From Utricularia gibba (taxonomy: Eukaryota; Plantae; Magnoliophyta), in contig NEEC01000299.1 in assembly GCA_002189035.1 (NCBI GenBank), forward strand, positions 1 through 32,935: DNA of 32,935 nucleotides, in the 5' to 3' direction. The notes beneath the pieces were generated by a model that saw only the letters and a program-made list of their open reading frames with translations, did no database searches and had not been told where the DNA came from. Below, piece by piece: positions 24,101 to 32,935 of this stretch (positions are counted from its first letter, which is position 1; each line of letters begins with the position of its first letter). The position numbers were made by a program, and so were the translations under genes.

Positions 24101-27100
24101 TGCCCCACGAGAGCGCCTTATCAAATATAAAGCATGCGGTTGAGAAAACCATTTTGGGTGCTCATGAATCCTAACTTCAATAACTGCATCACGATTTTCG
24201 TCGAGTAGGACCCGATGTGGCAAAGGAGTCAGACCGAACCTTGGGTCAGAACGAAGTTCCAACGACATCACCCGCCAGAAACGACAAGCTTTTCCTTGAG
24301 AAACTATGTAGGCAGCCTATTAAAACCAACGTTAATAAATGCATCAATTTTTTTGCCGGGCTACAAATGACTCTGGCCCGAGCTCGACTCGACCTCCTGC
24401 TCGATACCGTTGCCCCACGAGAGCACCTTATCAAATAAAAGCATGCGGTTGAGAAAACCATTTTGGGTGCTCATGATCCTAACTTCATAACTGCATCACG
24501 ATTTTCGTCGAGTAGGACCCGATGTGGCAAAGGAGTCAGACCGAACCTTGGGTCAGAACGAAGTTCCAACGACATCACCCGCCCAAAACGACAAGCTTTT
24601 CCTTGAGAAAACAATGTAGGCAGCTATTAAAACCCAACGTTAATAAATGCATCAATTTTTTGCCGGGCTACAAATGACTCTGGGCCCGAGCTCGACTCGA
24701 CCTCCTGCTCGATACCGTTGCCCCACGAGAGCGCCTTATCAAATATAAAGCATGCGGTTGAGAAAACCATTTTGGGTGCTCATGAAATCCTAACTTCAAT
24801 AACTGCATCACGATTTTCGTCGAGTAGGACCCGATGTGGCAAAGGAGTCAGACCGAACCTTGGGTCAGAACGAAGTTCCAACGACATCACCCGCCAGAAA
24901 CGACAAGCTTTTCCTTGAGAAACTATGTAGGCAGCCTAAAACCCAACGTTAATAAATGCATCAATTTTTTTTGCGGGCTACAAATGACTCTGGGCCCGAG
25001 CTCGACTCGACCTCCTGCTCGATACCGTTGCCCCACGAGAGCACCTTATCAAATATAAAGCATGCGGTTGAGAAAACCATTTTGGGTGCTCATGAATCCT
25101 AACTTCAATAACATCACGATTTTCGTCGAGTAGGACCGATGTGGCAAAGGAGTCAGACCGAACCTTGGGTCAAACGAAGTTCCAACGACATCACCCGCCC
25201 AAAAACGACAAGCTTTTCCTTGAGAAACAATGTAGGCAGCTATTAAAACCCAACGTTAATAAATGCATCAAGTTTTTTGCCGAGCTACAAATGACTATGG
25301 GCCCGAGCTCGACTCGACCCTACTCGATACCGTTGCCCCACGAGAGCGCCTTATAAAGCATGCGGTTGAGAAAACCATTTTGGGTGCTCATGAAATCCTA
25401 ACTTCAATAACTGCATCACGATTTTCGTCGAGTAGGACCCGATGTGGCAAAGGAGTCAGACCGAACCTTGGGTCAGAACGAAGTTCCAACGACATCACCC
25501 GCCCAGAAACGACAAGCTTTTCCTTGAGAAAATGTAGGCAGCCTATAAACCAACGTTAATAAATGCATCAATTTTTTGCCGGGCTACAAATGACTCTGGG
25601 AGCCGAGCCCGACTCGACCTCCTGCCCGATACCGTTGCCCCACGAGAGCGCCTCCTCAAATATAAAGCATGCGATTGAGAAAACCATTTTGGGTGCTCAT
25701 GAAATCCTAACTTCAATAACTGCATCACGATTTTCGTCGAGTAGGACCCGATGTGGCAAAGGAGTCAGACCGAACCTTGGGTCAGAACGAAGTTCCAACG
25801 ACATCACCCGCCCAGAAACGACAAGCTTTTCCTTGAGAAACTATGTAGGCAGCCTATAAAACCAACGTTAATAAATGCATCAATTTTTTTTGCCGGGCTA
25901 CAAATGACTCTGGGCCCGAGCTCGACTCGACCTCCTGCTCGATACCGTTGCCCCACGAGAGTGCCTTATCAAATATAAAGCATGCGGTTGAGAAAACCAT
26001 TTTGGGTGCTCATGAATCCTAACTTCAATAACTGCATCACGATTTTCGTCGAGTAGGACCCGATGTGGCAAAGGAGTCAGACCGAACCTTGGTCAGAACG
26101 AAGTTCCAAAGACATCACCCGCCCAGAAACGACAAGCTTTTCCTTGAGAAACCATGTAGGCAGCCTATAAAACCAACGTTAATAAATGCATCAATTTTTT
26201 TGCCGGGCTACAAATGACTCTGGGCCGAGCTCGACTCGACCTCCTGCTCGATACCGTTGCCCCACGAGAGCGCCTTATCAAATATAAAGCATGCGGTTGA
26301 GAAAACCATTTTGGGTGCTCATGAATCCTAACTTCAATAACTGCATCACGATTTTCGTCGAGTAGGACCGATGTGGCAAAGGAGTCAGACCGAACCTTGG
26401 TCAGAACGAAGTTCCAAAAGACATCACCCGCCCAGAAACGACAAGCTTTTCCTTGAGAAACATGTAGGCAGCCTAAAAACCAACGTTAATAAATGCATCA
26501 ATTTTTTGCCTAAAAATGACTCTGGCGAGCCCGACTCGACCTATACCGTGCCCCACTAGAGCGCCTCCTCAATACAAAGCATGCGATTGAAAACATTTTG
26601 GGTGCTCATGAAATCCTAACTTCAATAACTGCATCACGATTTTCGTCGAGTAGGACCAGATTTGGCAAAGGAGACAGACCGAACCTTGGGTCAGAACGAA
26701 GTTCACAACGACATCACCCGCCCAAAACGACAAGCTTTTCCTTGAGAAAACCATTGAGGCAGCCTATTAAAACCAACGTTAATAAATGCATCAAGTTTTT
26801 TGCCGAGCTACAAATGACTATGGGCCCGAGCTCGACTCGACCTCCTACTCGATACCGTTGCCCCACGAGAGCACCTTATCAAATATAAAGCATGCGGTTG
26901 AGAAAACCATTTTGGGTGCTCATGAAATCCTAACTTCAATAACTGCATCACGATTTTCGTCGAGTAGGACCCGATGTGGCAAAGGAGTCAGACAAACCTA
27001 TGGTCAGAACGAAGTTCCAAACATCACCCGCCAGAAACGACAAGCTTTTCCTTGAGAAACCATGTAGGCAGCCTATTAAAACCCAACGTTAATAAATGCA

Positions 27101-30100
27101 TCATTTTTTTGCAGGCTAAAATGACTCTGGGAGCGAGCCCGACTCGACCTTTTGCCCGATACCGTGCCCCACTAGAGCGCCTTCAAATACAAAGCATGCG
27201 ATTGAAAAACATTTTGGGTGCTCATGAAATCCTAACTTCAATAACTGCATCACGATTTTCGTCGAGTAGGACCAGATTTGGCAAAGGAGTCAGACCGAAC
27301 CTTGGGTCAGAACGAAGTTCCAACGACATCACCGCCAAAAAACGACAAGCTTTTCCTTGAGAAACCATTGAGGCAGCCTATTAAAACCAACCGTTAATAA
27401 ATGCATCAATTTTTTTGCCGGGCTACAAATGACTCTGGGCCCGAGCTCGACTCGACCTCCTGCTCGATACCGTTGCCCCACGAGAGTGCCTTATCAAATA
27501 TAAAGCATGCGGTTGAGAAAACCATTTTGGGTGCTCATGATTCCTAACTTCAAAACTGCATCACGATTTTCGTCGAGTAGGACCCGATGTGGCAAAGGAG
27601 TCAGACCGAACCTATGGTCAGAACGAAGTTCCAAAAGACATCACCCGCCCAGAAACGACAAGCTTTTCCTTGAGAAACTATGTAGGCAGCCTAATAAACC
27701 GAACGTTAATAATGCATCAATTTTTTTGCCGGGCTACAAATGACTCTGGGCCGAGCTCGACTCGACCCCTGCTCGATACCGTTGCCCCACGAGAGCGCCT
27801 TATCAAATATAAAGCATGCGGTTGAGAAAACCATTTTGGGTGCTCATGAATCCTAACTTCAATAACTGCATCACGATTTTCGTCGAGTAGGACCAGATTG
27901 GCAAAGGAGACAGACCGAACCTTGGGTCAGAACGAAGTTCACAACGACATCACCCGCCCAAAAAACGACAAGCTTTTCCTTGAGAAAACTTGAGGCAGCC
28001 TATTAAAACCAACGTTAATAAATGCATCAAGTTTTTTGCCGAGCTACAAATGACTATGGGCCCGAGCTCGACTCGACCTCCTGCTCGATACCGTTGCCCC
28101 GAGAGCACCTTATCAAATATAAAGCATGCGGTTGAGAAAACCATTTTGGGTGCTCATGAATCCTAACTTCAATAACTGCATCACGATTTTCGTCGAGTAG
28201 GACCCGATGTGGCAAAGGAGTCAGACCGAACCTTGGTCAGAACGAAGTTCCAACGACATCACCCGCCCAGAAACGACAAGCTTTTCCTTGAGAAACCATG
28301 TAGGCAGCCTATTAAAACCAACGTTAATAAATGCATCACTTTTTTTGCAGGCTAAAAATGACTCTGGGCGAGCCGACTCGACCTTTGCCCGATACCGTGC
28401 CCCACTAGAGCGCCTCCTCAAATACAAGCATGCGATTGAAAAACATTTTGGGTGCTCATGAAATCCTAACTTCAATAACTGCATCACGATTTTCGTCGAG
28501 TAGGACCAGATTTGGCAAAGGAGACAGACCGAACCTTGGGTCAGAACGAAGTTCACAACGACATCACCCGCCCAAAAACGACAAGCTTTTCCTTGAGAAA
28601 ACCATTGAGGCAGCCTATTAAAACCAACCGTTAATAAATGCATCAAGTTTTTTGCCGAGCTACAAATGACTATGGGCCCGAGCTCGACTCGACCTCCTAC
28701 TCGATACCGTTGCCCCACGAGAGCACCTTATCAAATATAAAGCATGCGGTTGAGAAAACCATTTTGGGTGCTCATGATCCTAACTTCAATAACTGCATCA
28801 CGATTTTCGTCGAGTAGGACCCGATGTGGCAAAGGAGTCAGACCGAACCTTGGTCAGAACGAAGTTCCAACGACATCACCCGCCAGAAACGACAAGCTTT
28901 TCCTTGAGAAACTATGTAGGCAGCCTAAAAAAACGTTAATAAATGCATCAATTTTTTGCGGGCTAAAAATGACTCTGGGAGCTCGACTCGACCTCTGCTC
29001 GATACCGTTGCCCCACGAGAGCGCCTTATCAAATATAAAGCATGCGATTGAAAAAACATTTTGGGTGCTCATGAAATCCTAACTTCAATAACTGCATCAC
29101 GATTTTCGTCGAGTAGGACCAGATTTGGCAAAGGAGACAGACCGAACCTTGGGTCAGAACGAAGTTCACAACGACATCACCCGCCCAAAAACGACAAGCT
29201 TTTCCTTGAGAAACCATTGAGGCAGCCTATTAAAACCAACCGTTAATAAATGCATCAAGTTTTTTGCCGAGCTACAAATGACTATGGGCCCGAGCTCGAC
29301 TCGACCTCCTACTCGATACCGTTGCCCCACGAGAGCACCTTATCAAATATAAAGCATGCGGTTGAGAAAACCATTTTGGGTGCTCATGAATCCTAACTTC
29401 AATAACTGCATCACGATTTTCGTCGAGTAGGACCCGATGTGGCAAAGGAGTCAGACCGAACCTTGGGTCAGAACGAAGTTCCAACGACATCACCCGCCCA
29501 GAAACGACAAGCTTTTCCTTGAGAAACTATGTAGGCAGCCTAATAACCAACGTTAATAAATGCATCAATTTTTTTTGCCGGGCTACAAATGACTCTGGGC
29601 CCGAGCTCGACTCGACCTCCTGCTCGATACCGTTGCCCCACGAGAGCGCCTTATCAAATATAAAGCATGCGGTTGAGAAAACCATTTTGGGTGCTCATGA
29701 AATCCTAACTTCAATAACTGCATCACGATTTTCGTCGAGTAGGACCCGATGTGGCAAAGGAGTCAGACCGAACCTTGGTCAGAACGAAGTTCACAACGAC
29801 ATCACCGCCCAAAAACGACAAGCTTTTCCTTGAGAAACCATGTAGGCATATTAAAACCCAACGTTAATAATGCATCAAGTTTTTTGCCGAGCTACAAATG
29901 ACTATGGGCCGAGCTCGACTCGACCTCTCGATACCGTTGCCCCACGAGAGCGCCTTCAAATATAAAGCATGCGGTTGAGAAAACCATTTTGGGTGCTCAT
30001 GAATCCTAACTTCAATAACTGCATCACGATTTTCGTCGAGTAGGACCCGATGTGGCAAAGGAGTCAGACCGAACCTTGGTCAGAACGAAGTTCCAAACGA

Positions 30101-32904
30101 CATCACCCGCCCAGAAACGACAAGCTTTTCCTTGAGAAACTATGTAGGCAGCCTATAAACCCAACGTTAATAAATGCATCAATTTTTTGCGGGCTACAAA
30201 TGACTCTGGGCGAGCCCGACTCGACCTTTGCCCGATACCGTGCCCCACTAGAGCGCCTCCTAAAATACAAAGCATGCGATTGAAAAAACATTTTGGGTGC
30301 TCATGAAATCCTAACTTCAATAACTGCATCACGATTTTCGTCGAGTAGGACCCGATGTGGCAAAGGAGTCAGACCGAACCTTGGGTCAGAACGAAGTTCC
30401 CAACGACATCACCCGCCAAAAACGACAAGCTTTTCCTTGAGAAACCATGTAGGCAGCCTATAAAACCAACGTTAATAAATGCATCAATTTTTTTTTTGCC
30501 GGCTACAAATGACTATGGGCCCGAGCTCGACTCGACCTCCTGCTCGATACCGTTGCCCCACGAGAGTGCCTTATCAAATATAAAGCATGCGGTTGAGAAA
30601 ACCATTTTGGGTGCTCATGAATCCTAACTTCAATAACTGCATCACGATTTTCGTCGAGTAGGACCCGATGTGGCAAAGGAGTCAGACCGAACCTATGGTC
30701 AGAACGAAGTTCCAAAAGACATCACCCGCCCAGAAACGACAAGCTTTTCCTTGAGAAACTATGTAGGCAGCCTAATAAAGCCGAACGTTAATAAATGCAT
30801 CAATTTTTTTGCCGGGCTACAAATGACTCTGGGCCGAGCTCGACTCGACCTCCTGCTCGATACCGTTGCCCCACGAGAGTGCCTTATCAAATATAAAGCA
30901 TGCGGTTGAGAAAACATTTTGGGTGCTCATGATATCCTAACTTCAATAACTGCATCACGATTTTCGTCGAGTAGGACCCGATGTGGCAAAGGAGTCAGAC
31001 CGAACCTATGGTCAGAACGAAGTTCCAAAAGACATCACCCGCCCAGAAACGACAAGCTTTTCCTTGAGAAACCATGTAGGCAGCCTATAAAACCAACGTT
31101 AATAAATGCATCAATTTTTTTGCAGGGCTAAAAATGACTCTGGGCGAGCCCGACTCGACCTGCCGATACCGTTGCCCCACTAGAGCGCCTCCTCAAATAC
31201 AAAGCATGCGATTGAGAAAACCATTTTGGGTGCTCATGAAATCCTAACTTCAATAACTGCATCACGATTTTCGTCGAGTAGGACCAGATTTGGCAAAGGA
31301 GACAGACCGAACCTTGGGTCAGAACGAAGTTCACAACGACATCACCCGCCCAAAAACGACAAGCTTTTCCTTGAGAAAACCATTGAGGCAGCCTATTAAA
31401 ACCAACCGTTAATAAATGCATCAAGTTTTTTGCCGAGCTACAAATGACTATGGGCCCGAGCTCGACTCGACCTCCTACTCGATACCGTTGCCCCACGAGA
31501 GCACCTTATCAAATATAAAGCATGCGGTTGAGAAAACCATTTTGGGTGCTCATGAATCCTAACTTCAATAACTGCATCACGATTTTCGTCGAGTAGGACC
31601 CGATGTGGCAAAGGAGTCAGACAGAACCTTGGGTCAGAACGAAGTTCCCAACGACATCACCCGCCAAAACGACAAGCTTTTCCTTGAGAAACTATGTAGG
31701 CAGCCTAAAAACCCAACGTTAATAAATGCATCAATTTTTGCCGGGCTACAAATGACTCTGGGCCCGAGCTCGACTCGACCTCCTGCTCGATACCGTTGCC
31801 CCACGAGAGCGCCTTATCAAATATAAAGCATGCGGTTGAGAAAACCATTTTGGGTGCTCATGAAATCCTAACTTCAATAACTGCATCACGATTTTCGTCG
31901 AGTAGGACCCGATGTGGCAAAGGAGTCAGACCGAACCTTGGGTCAGAACGAAGTTCCAACGAAATCACCGCCCAAAAACGACAAGCTTTTCCTTGAGAAA
32001 CATGTAGGCAGCCTATTAAAACCAACGTTAATAATGCATCAAGTTTTTTGCCGAGCTACAAATGACTATGGGCCGAGCTCGACTCGACCTCCTGCTCGAT
32101 ACCGTTGCCCACGAGAGCGCCTTATCAAATATAAAGCATGCGGTTGAGAAACCATTTTGGGTGCTCATGAATCCTAACTTCAATAACTGCATCACGATTT
32201 TCGTCGAGTAGGACCCGATGTGGCAAAGGAGTCAGACCGAACCTTGGGTCAGAACGAAGTTCCAACGACATCACCCGCCCAGAAACGACAAGCTTTTCCT
32301 TGAGAAACCATGTAGGCAGCCTATTAAAACCAACGTTAATAAATGCATCAATTTTTTGCCGGGCTACAAATGACTCTGGGCCGAGCCCGACTCGACCTGC
32401 CGATACCGTGCCCCACGAGAGCGCCTCCTCAAATATAAAGCATGCGATTGAAAAAACATTTTGGGTGCTCATGAAATCCTAACTTCAATAACTGCATCAC
32501 GATTTTCGTCGAGTAGGACCCGATGTGGCAAAGGAGTCAGACCGAACCTTGGGTCAGAACGAAGTTCCCAACGACATCACCGCCAAAAACGACAAGCTTT
32601 TCCTTGAGAAACCATGTAGGCAGCCTATTAAAACCAACGTTAATAAATGCATCAATTTTTTTGCCGAGCTACAAATGACTATGGGCCCGAGCTCGACTCG
32701 ACCTCCTGCTCGATACCGTTGCCCCACGAGAGTGCCTTATCAAATATAAAGCATGCGGTTGAGAAAACCATTTTGGTGCTCATGAATCCTAACTTCAATA
32801 ACTGCATCACGATTTTCGTCGAGTAGGACCCGATGTGGCAAAGGAGTCAGACGAACCTATGGTCAGAACGAAGTTCCAAAAGACATCACCCGCCCAGAAA
32901 CGAC

Positions 32905-32935
32905 AAGCTTTTCCTTGAGAAACTATGTAGGCAGC
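32905..32935 (+). repeat. Terminal partial monomer, identical to positions 1-31
   Basis: AAGCTTTTCCTTGAGAAACTATGTAGGCAGC occupies both 1-31 and 32905-32935. Confidence 0.95.

Larger units (their letters stand above)
1..32935. repeat. Tandem satellite DNA array, about 314-bp monomer, about 106 copies, single orientation
   Basis: The landmark AAGCTTTTCCTTGAGAAA recurs at 1, 315, 630, (deleted near 947), 1239, 1552, 1865, 2181, 2496, 2810, 3122, 3435 and onward to 32594 and 32905. Every interval holds the same ordered motifs (GAGCTCGACTCGACC, AAGCATGCG, GCATCACGATTTTCGTCGAGTAGGACC, GGCAAAGGAG, CGACATCACCCGCC). I saw no inversion or non-repeat insertion. Confidence 0.99.

Noticed and set aside
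126-32749. All ORFs of 60-165 aa in the six-frame track (MHQVFCRATNDYGPELDST..., MGAHEILTSITASRFSSSRTR..., MGQRYRVGGRVELGP...)
   Set aside because: They are the same satellite monomer read in different frames on both strands. Starts and stops shift with single-base indels between copies, no frame is preserved across units, and I recognise no protein domain.
1-32935. CRISPR-like reading, with the conserved 42-bp block as repeat and the intervening DNA as spacer
   Set aside because: The intervening sequence of about 270 bp is homologous in every unit rather than unique, is far longer than CRISPR spacers, and no cas genes or leader are present.
1-32935. Assignment to a named satellite or organism by unit length (rice CentO, maize CentC, Allium 314-bp repeat)
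   Set aside because: Only the length is similar. I cannot recall a sequence match, and a database search is needed.
1-32935. Embedded transposon, LTR, telomeric repeat or strand inversion
   Set aside because: Every interval between landmarks is monomer-length or shorter and matches the monomer in the same orientation, so there is no room for an insertion.

Overview
The whole 32,935-bp window is one uninterrupted, head-to-tail tandem satellite array. By manual count of the AAGCTT landmark it holds about 106 full monomers of about 314 bp plus a 31-bp partial copy, all in one orientation, with no unique sequence. I find no credible protein-coding gene, RNA gene, transposon or CRISPR array; the ORFs in the track are by-products of the repeat. 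The array is structured on several levels. Each monomer is a diverged dimer of about 156-bp and 159-bp subunits. Monomers fall into recognisable variant classes (my labels U, V, W, X, Y, Z, plus a diverged 'L' block) that form 4-mer and 5-mer higher-order repeats (HORs), and these nest in a duplicated 13-mer of about 4.05 kb. After about 16 kb the HOR order dissolves, rare alleles vanish and monomers shorten, in a pattern that looks more like a collapsed or noisy consensus than biology. The source is probably eukaryotic heterochromatin, possibly centromeric, but I do not recognise the family or organism. I see no novel gene system here; the interest lies in the satellite architecture.
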